Shown in pieces: positions 39,652-48,084 of a DNA stretch of 64,000 bases. The first letter of the stretch is position 1. Each line of letters begins with the position of its first letter. Source of the DNA: Candidatus Omnitrophota bacterium (GTDB lineage: Bacteria; Omnitrophota; Gorgyraeia; Zapsychrales; Fredricksoniimonadaceae); NCBI GenBank assembly GCA_015233335.1, contig JADFXX010000006.1, positions 1,237-65,236 on the forward strand, written 5' to 3'. The notes beneath the pieces are model-generated. The model was not told the origin of the DNA. It saw only the letters and a list, made by a program, of their open reading frames with translations, and did not search any database. A program made the translations under genes and the position numbers.

Positions 39652-39735
39652 TTTCGTGCCCCCCTTATTAACGATATCTTTTTGACAGTATAACACTGTC
39701 TACCAAAAAATTTCAAGCCTGAATAATATTATTGA

Positions 39736-40467
39736 TTAATTAAAATGGGCTACGCAACCGGCCCCGGGGGTTCCCGGGTTGCCGCATCCGGCACCGGTCG
39801 AAGATGCGACAGTGATGTGTCCAAGCGTGCCCGGGCACATGGCATGATCCTGACGATTTTCTGAATTATTATGGGGATCGGCTGCCACAGTGTATCCCAT
39901 GGCACAGCCGGGATCACATCCGATCGTTTGTCCTACAGTTGAAGCGCAACCGACACCTGTTGAAGCCAAACATGTCTGCACCCCGCCGCTTCCGCAGGTC
40001 ACACTACACGGTGTCCAAGAAGTACAGGCGCCGCCACCCGATGCTCCGCACGTCCTGCAGCAGACTTGGGCTACAGTGATGGTCGCGGCATCTATAGGAA
40101 ACTGGTCCGGCGGGCCTAACATCGGCTGATACCCACCGGCGCAAGCAGGAACACAAGGTATAACAGCGCCATTCACATAATTGCAAAAACTGTTGTAACA
40201 TTGCTGGGGGTAGACCGTTGAATTGCCGTTGCCGTCGCATACTTCCAAATTCTCGGTCGGATTCCCCGCCGGTGTCGTGTCCACAAAAAGAGCCCCTTTA
40301 TTGGCCGCGTTTGCACAGTTGGGATTGGCTTGGGTCTTCATATGGACTTTATTATACGCCCCGACCGGGGCAGGATAGTGGGTCACAAGGGAGACTGTGC
40401 CGGCCCGGGCACTCGCCGCCGACAGGAGGAAAAAAGAAAAAAACAGTATGATGACAATTTTTTTCAT
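39736..40467 (-). CDS. Secreted Cys-rich protein, paralog 1 (with TSP1-like CSVTCG motif)
   Basis: Signal peptide. Shared N-module YPAPVGAY...ALFVD...LEVCDGNG...YPQQCYNSFC...CVPACAGGY...VCCRTC, followed by CTSWTPCSVTCGSGGVQTC. The mature part has many cysteines. Confidence 0.6.
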   Translation of the reverse strand: MKKIVIILFFSFFLLSAASARAGTVSLVTHYPAPVGAYNKVHMKTQANPNCANAANKGALFVDTTPAGNPTENLEVCDGNGNSTVYPQQCYNSFCNYVNGAVIPCVPACAGGYQPMLGPPDQFPIDAATITVAQVCCRTCGASGGGACTSWTPCSVTCGSGGVQTCLASTGVGCASTVGQTIGCDPGCAMGYTVAADPHNNSENRQDHAMCPGTLGHITVASSTGAGCGNPGTPGAGCVAHFN

Positions 40468-40519
40468 AGCCCTAATTCAAGTATATACGATTCACACAAT
40501 TCAATCAATCTCCCTCCCC

Positions 40520-40960
40520 TTACGTAGGGAAAGAATATTTCCCTGTTTCACAACAGACTATAGAAGTGACCCAATAACCGGGAGATACGGGTATAATCGA
40601 AGTGCTTCGTACCGCGGGAGCTTGAGAATACCCTGCAGGGCACCCCGGATTGCAGCCATTGCCCGAGCAGAACCGATTGAAACACTGCTCTCCGTATAGA
40701 ATCATAGCTCCCTTATTATCGCACATGACCAATTGGCCTGTAGCCGGGTCGACAAATATCGCTCCCGCATTAATAAACTGATTGGCGGCATTCTTTGTTC
40801 CACAGAGAGTGGCCGGAGTCTGCTGATTCGTCAGCAGGACTTGGCTATATTCTCCAATAGGCGCCGGATAAGGCGCGGTAATAGAATTTTGTCCGGCGAA
40901 AGCGGAAACAGTAAGTAGAGTAAATAAGATGAAAGATAATTTAGCCCTAAGTTTAATCAT
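40520..40960 (-). CDS. Secreted Cys-rich protein, paralog 2 (minimal core)
   Basis: Signal peptide, then PYPAPIGEY...AIFVDPATGQLVMCDNKG...EQCFNRFC...CNPGCPAGY...VCCETG. Confidence 0.6.
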   Translation of the reverse strand: MIKLRAKLSFILFTLLTVSAFAGQNSITAPYPAPIGEYSQVLLTNQQTPATLCGTKNAANQFINAGAIFVDPATGQLVMCDNKGAMILYGEQCFNRFCSGNGCNPGCPAGYSQAPAVRSTSIIPVSPGYWVTSIVCCETGKYSFPT

Positions 40961-40987
40961 AGTTCACATACCAAAAATTGTCCCCCT

Positions 40988-41926
40988 TTAGCATGCTGCC
41001 GGCGGACAAACTCCGTTATAAAGGACTTCACACGTTTCTCCGGTCGGTGCCGCGGTGTTTCCCGGTATATCAATGCATCCTCCTCCGCTATAATCCTTCA
41101 AAATTACTGATGAGACAGGAACACAAGACGGACATGAAGGGCACAACGCGGCACTTGTTGCCGCGCTGGTGTCGTTTGTGTTATTAGCAATAATAGGAGC
41201 CGCAACGAAGGTTGAGGCAACAGACCCATAGGCCGGGCATGCGGATACCGCACCTAAGGGAAGACCGGCTCCTTTTGCGTTAAAGCAACAGGTTCTTACC
41301 ATTGTCCTGCATACTAAAACAGTGCTGCATCCCATATCATAGGCATTAGGATCAACGGTAGTACACGCAGGCGGTGGCGCTGCCGCGGGAGAGGTGAATG
41401 GGGTATCAGTATTGGTCGAATACAATGAAAAACACCCTGATTGGGTCCATTGGCTATACATGGCCCCTGTCGGCGGGTTCAGATTGGTAAAACAACAATC
41501 ATAGGCCATCGTGCCGGGAAACGGCGCCGTTCCCGTAAGGAGCACGACCGCATAATTACGCGGGCAAGAATTAGGATTAGCACCCGTAGGGGGGGGGCAG
41601 TTGGCGCCAACACAGAAACGCTGAAAACAAGCTCCCGGGTAGCTGGCCACTGCACCGTCGCTTTTACAAACTTCCATATATTTGCTCGTTGGATCAACAA
41701 AAATAGTCCCCGCATTATTAGCCGGATTAGCGGCACAATAACGGGCGGCTCCATTTTCGTTCGGCCCGCCTGCGGCATTCATAAGAATGACTTTAGTGTA
41801 TGCGCCTTTTTGAGAAGGATAATAAGTGGTAAGGGTGGCTGATCTGGCAGATGCCATGGTCGATATCAGCATGCCGCCAAGGCCGAAGGAAAGAATAAAG
41901 ATTATAAGATGTTTCTTCATATCCAT
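40988..41926 (-). CDS. Secreted Cys-rich protein, paralog 3
   Basis: Signal peptide, then YYPSQKGAY...TIFVDPTSKYMEVCKSDG...YPGACFQRFC...SCPRNY...DCCFTN, plus a 180-aa Cys/Pro/Ala/Thr-rich extension. Confidence 0.6.
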   Translation of the reverse strand: MDMKKHLIIFILSFGLGGMLISTMASARSATLTTYYPSQKGAYTKVILMNAAGGPNENGAARYCAANPANNAGTIFVDPTSKYMEVCKSDGAVASYPGACFQRFCVGANCPPPTGANPNSCPRNYAVVLLTGTAPFPGTMAYDCCFTNLNPPTGAMYSQWTQSGCFSLYSTNTDTPFTSPAAAPPPACTTVDPNAYDMGCSTVLVCRTMVRTCCFNAKGAGLPLGAVSACPAYGSVASTFVAAPIIANNTNDTSAATSAALCPSCPSCVPVSSVILKDYSGGGCIDIPGNTAAPTGETCEVLYNGVCPPAAC

Positions 41927-42105
41927 TTATAGAAACCAGGAACCATTCCTCCACTTTGAGTATAAACTATAAATCATCGCCAATCAACGAAAAATAAAAA
42001 AACGTTAATGCCCTAAATATATAAAAAACGCTGGAAATTGCTTCATTGGACTGTATAATTAAAATTGCAATCATACTTAACCTTATCATCATTAAGGAGT
42101 GGAAT

Positions 42106-42507
42106 ATGTTTACTCAAAAAAGGACAAAGGGCTTTACACTCGTGGAAATCATGATCGTGGTTGCGATCATCGCACTGCTTGCCGCGATCGCTATCCCCAA
42201 CCTGCTACGCTCCAAAATGTCTTCCAATGATTCTTTGGCCAAGGCGACTTTACGGGCAATTTCAACTGCGGCTGAATCCTATGGAACAGCCAATAACGGC
42301 AACTACCCCGGAGCTGTTGACTCGTTGACAACCGCAACTCCCCCATTTCTTAACACTAACTATTGCACCGGTAATCTGATTTCCGGATATGTTTATGCCT
42401 GCGGCATGGCCAGCACCGGTTATACGGTCACCGCCACACCCGGAACTGTCGGTACCACTGGTTCTACCACCTATACCATCACAACCGGTGGTGTTTTAAC
42501 TCCGTAA
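42106..42507 (+). CDS. Type IV pilin / T2SS pseudopilin-like protein, copy 1
   Basis: Start MFTQKRTKGFTLVEIMIVVAIIALLAAIAIPNL carries the prepilin G/F cleavage site and Glu+5. GGAG RBS. C-terminal Cys pair (YCTGNLISGYVYAC). Confidence 0.85.
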   Translation: MFTQKRTKGFTLVEIMIVVAIIALLAAIAIPNLLRSKMSSNDSLAKATLRAISTAAESYGTANNGNYPGAVDSLTTATPPFLNTNYCTGNLISGYVYACGMASTGYTVTATPGTVGTTGSTTYTITTGGVLTP

Positions 42508-42532
42508 TCTTTTTTAGGATTAGGATTCTACT

Positions 42533-42567
42533 AAAAAGGCTATTTTTTAAAAAAAATAGCCTTTTTC
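42533..42567 (+). terminator. Intrinsic terminator after pilin copy 1
   Basis: The near-perfect palindrome aaaaaggctatttttt/aaaaaatagccttttt forms an A/T-flanked hairpin. Confidence 0.5.
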
Positions 42568-42630
42568 CCTAATAATAGTGTATACTTAATTCGGAGTCAT
42601 AATTAACCATATAACCGTAAGGAGGGTACT

Positions 42631-43032
42631 ATGTTTACTCGGAGAAAAGAAAAGGGCTTTACACTCGTGGAAATCATGATCGTAGTTGCAATCATCGCTT
42701 TACTCGCGGCGATCGCTATCCCCAACCTGCTGCGCGCCAAAATGTCTTCCAATGATTCTTTGGCCAAAGCGACTTTGCGGGCAATTTCTACCGCATCTGA
42801 GTCCTATGGAACTGCCAATAACGGTAATTATCCAGGGAGCGTCAACTCGTTGACAACCGCAACTCCCCCGTTTCTTAACACTAACTATTGCACCGGTAAT
42901 CTGATTTCCGGATATGTCTATGCCTGCGGCATGGCCAGCACCGGTTATACGGTCACCGCCACACCCGGAACTGTCGGCACTACGGGTTCTACCACCTATA
43001 CCATTACAACCGGTGGTGTATTAACTCCGTAA
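42631..43032 (+). CDS. Type IV pilin / pseudopilin-like protein, copy 2
   Basis: MFTRRKEKGFTLVEIMIVVAII... Only a handful of aa differences from copy 1. GGAGGG RBS. Confidence 0.85.
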   Translation: MFTRRKEKGFTLVEIMIVVAIIALLAAIAIPNLLRAKMSSNDSLAKATLRAISTASESYGTANNGNYPGSVNSLTTATPPFLNTNYCTGNLISGYVYACGMASTGYTVTATPGTVGTTGSTTYTITTGGVLTP

Positions 43033-43055
43033 TCTTTTTATAAAATTAAGATTAC

Positions 43056-43093
43056 AAAAAGGGGACATGATATCATGTCCCCTTTCTTTTTTA
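43056..43093 (+). terminator. Bidirectional intrinsic terminator between convergent genes
   Basis: ggggacatga/tcatgtcccc stem flanked by an A-run (left) and a T-run (right). Confidence 0.65.
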
Positions 43094-43095
43094 TT

Positions 43096-43476
43096 TTAGT
43101 TTGGGCTTCCTATCAGGCCTTCAATGCGCTTTTGGGCCATATCAGCCCAAAACGCGTCCCCTTCCCGGGCCTGATCGATCACCTTGTGATAAAGAAGCAT
43201 TGCTTGGGTTTTGTCGCCTAGTTGCTGATAACAGTAGGCCAGATAGTAAAGGCAGGTCACATACAAAGGAGTGTCCGAATACTCGGCCAGATATTGATGA
43301 AGGTATTCCTTGGCCGCATCCCAGTGCCGGTCTTCATAAAAAGCTACTGCCTTGTTGTAGGTTTCAATGGCGGGCGGCAAAGAAGCTTCATCGGACCATG
43401 CGTATGACAAAAATAACAACCAAAAACAAATAAAAAAGAGCTCTGTCGTATATTTATTTTTGAGGGCCCTGTTCAT
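43096..43476 (-). CDS. TPR-like periplasmic protein
   Basis: Likely start MNRALKNKYTTELFFICFWLLFLSYAW (signal/anchor). TPR-like helices follow (AIETYNKAVAFYEDRHWDAAKEYL..., YYLAYCYQQLGDKTQAMLLY). Confidence 0.5.
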   Translation of the reverse strand: MNRALKNKYTTELFFICFWLLFLSYAWSDEASLPPAIETYNKAVAFYEDRHWDAAKEYLHQYLAEYSDTPLYVTCLYYLAYCYQQLGDKTQAMLLYHKVIDQAREGDAFWADMAQKRIEGLIGSPN

Positions 43477-43684
43477 TGAACTCTTCATCATTGACCAGAT
43501 CATCCTTACTGCCGTAGTATTCTGCGTCCGCATTGCCGTAGCCCTCATCATGTATAGGCCCAAACCCTATAGCCTCATTATCGGGGGCTGTCGATACGAT
43601 CGTCTGGGCCCAAGAAAAAGAGATCGCCCAAAATCCCACTGCTAATCCTGCCAGCAAAATAAGCATTGCGCTTTTTTTTATCAT
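43454..43684 (-). CDS. Small secreted acidic protein
   Basis: Likely start MIKKSAMLILLAGLAVGFWAISFSWA. The part of the track ORF upstream of this Met is read-through of family A copy 4. Confidence 0.4.
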   Translation of the reverse strand: MIKKSAMLILLAGLAVGFWAISFSWAQTIVSTAPDNEAIGFGPIHDEGYGNADAEYYGSKDDLVNDEEFNEQGPQK

Positions 43685-43753
43685 AATTTCCCTCTCTTTC
43701 CCTTCAAGTTTCTGCCAAAAGTTCGCATGCCTAAAATTCATTTGCCTGATTAC

Positions 43754-43895
43754 GCGGGGCCTGTCCTTAGCCTCAACATTAGGGTGCTCCTCAGGCGAGG
43801 GCAGACCTAAAGGAAGCTCCAATAGTAGTTATCCCTTAATCGCCCCCTTGTGCAGGTGCCGTGCGCGCCCTAACATTGAGGCCAAGGACACCCGC
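43754..43895. repeat. Family A structured intergenic element, copy 4
   Basis: Termini gcggggcctgtcc...ggacacccgc. Helix ccttagcctcaacattagg / cctaacattgaggccaagg. Confidence 0.8.
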
Positions 43896-43978
43896 TGATC
43901 CTCGTACTTATAAAGCTTTTGATACTACTTCTTTAAGCCTAGCAAAAATTTCTTGATCAGGCAAGTCATCTTGAAAAA

Positions 43979-44542
43979 TTAACAAAAAACATGAAAGGTT
44001 GTGCAAAACCAGGCGGGAAAGACTTCAAGGCCTTGAGCATCCCTTGAATCTGATCGGCTGGTGTCCCATAAGTACTCAAAACGCTCCTCGTATTTCTCGA
44101 TCGTCCCTGTATCAGCGATGATCAAAAGATTTTCTTCGTTCTTTTCCTGGGCCGTTCTTGTCCAGTTAAAGGAACCAGTGATCAATACCTTGCGGTCAAT
44201 GATCGCAAATTTATTGTGCATAAGGCCAAACCCCAAATGGTATTTGACCTTACAACCATGTTTTATCAGATACCCGCTTTTTGAAGAGGATTCAATCTCC
44301 TGACTTTGGTCTAAAACAATCCTCAACCGGACCTGACGTTCATAGGCATCTTTTAGGGCCCGCGCGATCGGGCCTGAGGAGAGATAATACATGGCGATAT
44401 CGATTGTTTGAACGGCGCTTTTTATTTTGGAAATAACCGCCTCTTGGCATGCGCCGTTGGGAGAAAAATAAACATCGATATCACCGGCCGTTGACAGCGG
44501 TGGCATCACATAAAAACACAAAAATAACAGCCATTTCTTCAT
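43979..44542 (-). CDS. Secreted PLD-family (Nuc-like, single HKD) endonuclease/phospholipase
   Basis: Signal peptide and HKD motif HNKFAIIDRKVLITGSFNWT. The 187-aa size is typical of Nuc-type enzymes. Confidence 0.8.
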   Translation of the reverse strand: MKKWLLFLCFYVMPPLSTAGDIDVYFSPNGACQEAVISKIKSAVQTIDIAMYYLSSGPIARALKDAYERQVRLRIVLDQSQEIESSSKSGYLIKHGCKVKYHLGFGLMHNKFAIIDRKVLITGSFNWTRTAQEKNEENLLIIADTGTIEKYEERFEYLWDTSRSDSRDAQGLEVFPAWFCTTFHVFC

Positions 44543-44666
44543 TTGATATTATTATAATATAATATTGATTTTATATCAATAACAATTTTATCAATAAACT
44601 CGAACAATCTAAAAAATATGGTATAATTTCTCTTAACAGAACATTAAATTTAGGGTAACATGCGAC

Positions 44667-46130
44667 ATGGGCCCAAAAAATAAAAAACTGCTGTTCATCG
44701 CATCCTTTGAAGACGCCTCCATCCTGCGCAAATTCACGATCCTTTTCCTTGTCGCCTCCATCATCCCAATGGTGCTTCTCTATTATATTTACGTCCAGAA
44801 TAATCAGCACGGACACATCGGCATTGCCTCTATCAACTTTACGGTTGCCATGGTCCTCATGGTCCTTGGCGTATTGGTGGGATTCATGTCCATGCGTTCA
44901 TTGCTTCAAAAAGTCATCAACATTTCCAAAGAAAACAGCGCGGCGCTAGGCAATCTGTTAAGCCCCGATACCATCAAAGAGCTTAATCAGGGCGAAAATG
45001 AAATCGTTATTTTAAGCCGCTCTTTTTCCGCGGTCACACAGCAATTGGAAGAAAATGTCCGCAGCCTGGAGCTTGCCAAAAAAACGCTCCATGCCGTCAT
45101 GTCCAAAGTGGGCCAAGGCATCTCCAACATGGAAAACATCGACACCTTCCTTGAACTCATTGTCGAAACCATGACCAATGCGCTCAACGGGAAAGTCGGC
45201 ACACTGCTGCTTTTAAACGAAAAAAAGACGGAATTAACGCTCCATGCCGTTCACGGCGCTAATTATGATGTAAAAAAACGCCTCCATTTGAAATTTTCCG
45301 AGAATTCACCGCTTTTTCGCGTCATCAAAGACAAGCGCCCCGCTATCATCTCCGGCATTTTTTTACAAAATACCCATGAGCCGCAATTGAGCCAATTTTT
45401 CGGCGATACCTTGCTTTGCGTCCCCCTGATTTATCACGACCGCGTCAGTGGTGTTATGACCCTCAGCAAACCGGAGTCTACGGATGAAAATGCCTTAAAA
45501 GAAGATCTGGAGCTGGTTTTCAATCTTGCTTCCCAGACTGCCGTGGCTATTGAAAATTCCAAGCTCAACAGTGATATTGAAAAAACTTATTTTGAGACCA
45601 TTTCGGCGCTGGCACTGGCCGTCGATGCCAAGGATGAATATTCCCGCGGCCATCTTGACCGGGTGTCCCAATACGCGCTTATGATAGGCCGGGGACTGGG
45701 GCTTGATGATGAGGACTTAAATACCCTGCGGGATGCCGCCCGTTTGCATGACTTGGGCAAAATAGGCGTCCCCGATGAAATCTTAAAAAAACAAACTCAT
45801 TTAAGCGATGAGGAGTGGGTCATTATGCGCCGCCATCCCCAGATCGGCGAAAGCATCATCAAACCGATCCGCTCTCTGCAGCATTTATGCGACCCGATAC
45901 GCCATCACCATGAAAAAATGGATGGGACCGGATACCCGGACGGACTTAAAGGCGAGGAAATCTCCCCCCTTGTACGCATCCTTTGTGTTGCCGATGTTTG
46001 GGACTCTTTGACCACCGAACGGTCTTACCGGGCTAAAAAATCAAAGGCTGAAGCGATCAGCGTTATACGCTCGATGAAGGCCCATCTCGATCAGGATATC
46101 GTTGATATCCTTTTGGAAGAGTTAAAATAA
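44667..46130 (+). CDS. Membrane-anchored GAF + HD-GYP domain protein (putative c-di-GMP phosphodiesterase)
   Basis: Two N-terminal TM segments and a central GAF-like region. HD-GYP motifs HDLGKIGVPDEIL and HHEKMDGTGYPDGL. Confidence 0.85.
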   Translation: MGPKNKKLLFIASFEDASILRKFTILFLVASIIPMVLLYYIYVQNNQHGHIGIASINFTVAMVLMVLGVLVGFMSMRSLLQKVINISKENSAALGNLLSPDTIKELNQGENEIVILSRSFSAVTQQLEENVRSLELAKKTLHAVMSKVGQGISNMENIDTFLELIVETMTNALNGKVGTLLLLNEKKTELTLHAVHGANYDVKKRLHLKFSENSPLFRVIKDKRPAIISGIFLQNTHEPQLSQFFGDTLLCVPLIYHDRVSGVMTLSKPESTDENALKEDLELVFNLASQTAVAIENSKLNSDIEKTYFETISALALAVDAKDEYSRGHLDRVSQYALMIGRGLGLDDEDLNTLRDAARLHDLGKIGVPDEILKKQTHLSDEEWVIMRRHPQIGESIIKPIRSLQHLCDPIRHHHEKMDGTGYPDGLKGEEISPLVRILCVADVWDSLTTERSYRAKKSKAEAISVIRSMKAHLDQDIVDILLEELK

Positions 46131-46148
46131 ACAGGGGTTTCGAAGGGT

Positions 46149-46727
46149 TTATTTTTCCTGACAAGCGGCGGGGTCGCCTTTTTTCTGACCAAAAAGTCGG
46201 CTGGCTTCCTGAAATTCTTTCTTAAATCCCCATTCCTTGATCAAGGCATTGGACCGGCGCTCTGCATCGCAGTTAACATTTCCCTTTTTGATATGATCTA
46301 AAACGCGATGCGCTATTTCATGGGCCACCACTCCTTCGATCGGCCCTTTACTCCCTGCCCCTTCAAGACCCATACCTAATTTTATTATGGTAAAACCCTC
46401 TTTGCAGCAAGGCGGATCATTGGGGGTCACAATAAATTCAGAAGAGCTGGCAAAACGGGCCGTCCCTGAAATATAGAATTCTGTAAAGATAATCGGCCTT
46501 TGACGGTCTGTGACATTAAGGAAATCTTTGTAAGGCATCCTTTGTAATACATCACTAATCGCCTGATAAATCAAGGATGGCTCTTGAAAAAAACAAAACT
46601 CGTCCAAATATTTCTTAATGAAGTCCGAACGGTCATTAGGGTTCACTGAAGCCCTTACCAAAGGACTTGGGGAACAAGTCCAAACAACAACCGCGAGCAT
46701 ACCTATGACCCAGCGCTTCATCGTCAC
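46149..46727 (-). CDS. Secreted HExxH-motif protein (putative zinc metallopeptidase)
   Basis: Signal peptide and VVAHEIAHRVLDH motif. No further family assignment is possible by eye. Confidence 0.45.
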   Translation of the reverse strand: MTMKRWVIGMLAVVVWTCSPSPLVRASVNPNDRSDFIKKYLDEFCFFQEPSLIYQAISDVLQRMPYKDFLNVTDRQRPIIFTEFYISGTARFASSSEFIVTPNDPPCCKEGFTIIKLGMGLEGAGSKGPIEGVVAHEIAHRVLDHIKKGNVNCDAERRSNALIKEWGFKKEFQEASRLFGQKKGDPAACQEK

Positions 46728-47089
46728 TTATCACTTTCATCAGCCATTTTCATCAATCCTTTAGCAATTTCAGGATAGGTTGGCTTAAGGATTTGGGCCG
46801 TGTCCCTTAAGAGTTTTGTCCGCTTGGTCTTAAGCTTTTGAATGTCCCTAGCTTCTGATTCTTGAGGCTCATCCTTGCCGACATTGGCATCTTCCAATGC
46901 TTTTTCTTTCTCATCCGCAAATTGAGCCAGATCACGGGCCATTTGAGGGTTCGATTCCTCAAGGGCCGCAGCTGAATCATTTAAAAGGATGATCTGGCCC
47001 CTTGCATCGCCGCCCTTGGCCCAGGACAGTGTTGTCACCAGTGCGACCATAGCTCCGATCGCCAATAGTCCCTTTATATAATTTGACAT
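46724..47089 (-). CDS. Small secreted helical protein
   Basis: 121 aa with a signal peptide and charged helical sequence. 4-nt overlap with the downstream gene. Confidence 0.4.
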   Translation of the reverse strand: MSNYIKGLLAIGAMVALVTTLSWAKGGDARGQIILLNDSAAALEESNPQMARDLAQFADEKEKALEDANVGKDEPQESEARDIQKLKTKRTKLLRDTAQILKPTYPEIAKGLMKMADESDK

Positions 47090-47445
47090 GGGATCAGAGC
47101 ATCCTCATTATAAAAATAAACCGCGCACAAACGATGATACCCGTCCGCAATGATCACTCTCCCATTTTGACTGTCACGAACAAGCAGTATCGGAGACACC
47201 TTGTCTTTCGATAATATCTTCTTCTTGTCCTTAAGCACATGAGGATTTTTGACGCTTAACAGGGGAAGGCCTGAGGCCCGAAAAATATCTTTGGCTTTAA
47301 ATTCAGACATGGCCGCTCGTCTGAGTTTCCCTACATACCCTTCTGTTCTTTTCTTGTCATACAGCAGGCCCAAGAAAGACGCGGCCGCCGTATAATCGTG
47401 ATCTTCCGGCCGGCTGAGCCATACTATTTTGACTGGATTTTTCAT
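47074..47445 (-). CDS. ParB/sulfiredoxin-like domain protein
   Basis: 123 aa with PILLVRDSQNGRVIIADGYHRLCA, which resembles the ParB N-terminal (DGHHR) core. Confidence 0.4.
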   Translation of the reverse strand: MKNPVKIVWLSRPEDHDYTAAASFLGLLYDKKRTEGYVGKLRRAAMSEFKAKDIFRASGLPLLSVKNPHVLKDKKKILSKDKVSPILLVRDSQNGRVIIADGYHRLCAVYFYNEDALIPCQII

Positions 47446-47508
47446 ATTTATTTATTATATACGATTAAGATAAAAAATCAGCTTATTATTACAATGCGAT
47501 AGGGACCA

Positions 47509-47991
47509 TCAAACTACGTGGGCGTTTTGGTGGAACTCCATTTCACGGCGCAGGTATTTCATCTCTTCCATGCTGTCTTGAAGAAAAATGGATAAGAGCT
47601 CGCGATGTTCCCGGTCTGTGGCACAGAACTCTTTATAAATATCAGTTTTATACGCGGTCAGGCTCATGGCGAGATTAATGACAGCTCTCAAAAACAAATG
47701 AGGAGACTTTAGCTGCAGCAAATATTGATACACCTTGCTGGCAATTGCCGTTTCTCTTTCTTTCGAAAGAGGAAACAGTTTCCTCAGCTCTTTTTGATGC
47801 TCTTGCACGCACTCTTCATAACGCAGGCATTCCTGGCGGTGAGTCTCGTTGTTAAGAAGCCCCCTCAAAGCCTGATAGCAGATATCAAGCAAAGCTTCAA
47901 TACAAATAAGCGTTTCTAATTTATCCGGATCTTCATGCTGTTCGGGCGGATTTTCCATTGGGAAGACACGATTTTTTACAAATGACACCAC
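47509..47991 (-). CDS. Hypothetical all-helical protein
   Basis: 160 aa with no recognised motif. Possible four-helix-bundle-like composition. Confidence 0.4.
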   Translation of the reverse strand: MVSFVKNRVFPMENPPEQHEDPDKLETLICIEALLDICYQALRGLLNNETHRQECLRYEECVQEHQKELRKLFPLSKERETAIASKVYQYLLQLKSPHLFLRAVINLAMSLTAYKTDIYKEFCATDREHRELLSIFLQDSMEEMKYLRREMEFHQNAHVV

Positions 47992-48084
47992 CTTACGCCT
48001 CCTTGCTTAATTTTTACAAGTTCAGATTACTCCAAAAGGCCAAAGGTCTTCCATTGGGTAATGCTACTTTTTATTGACTTATTT

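Noticed and set aside
42030-42105. Possible sigma54 (-24/-12) promoter upstream of pilin copy 1 (ctggaaattgcttca), and an extended -10 (tgtataat)
   Set aside because: The GG-to-GC spacing does not fit the TGGCAC-N5-TTGC consensus. A TATAAT-like hexamer exists, but no properly spaced -35 is present, so this is too weak to annotate.
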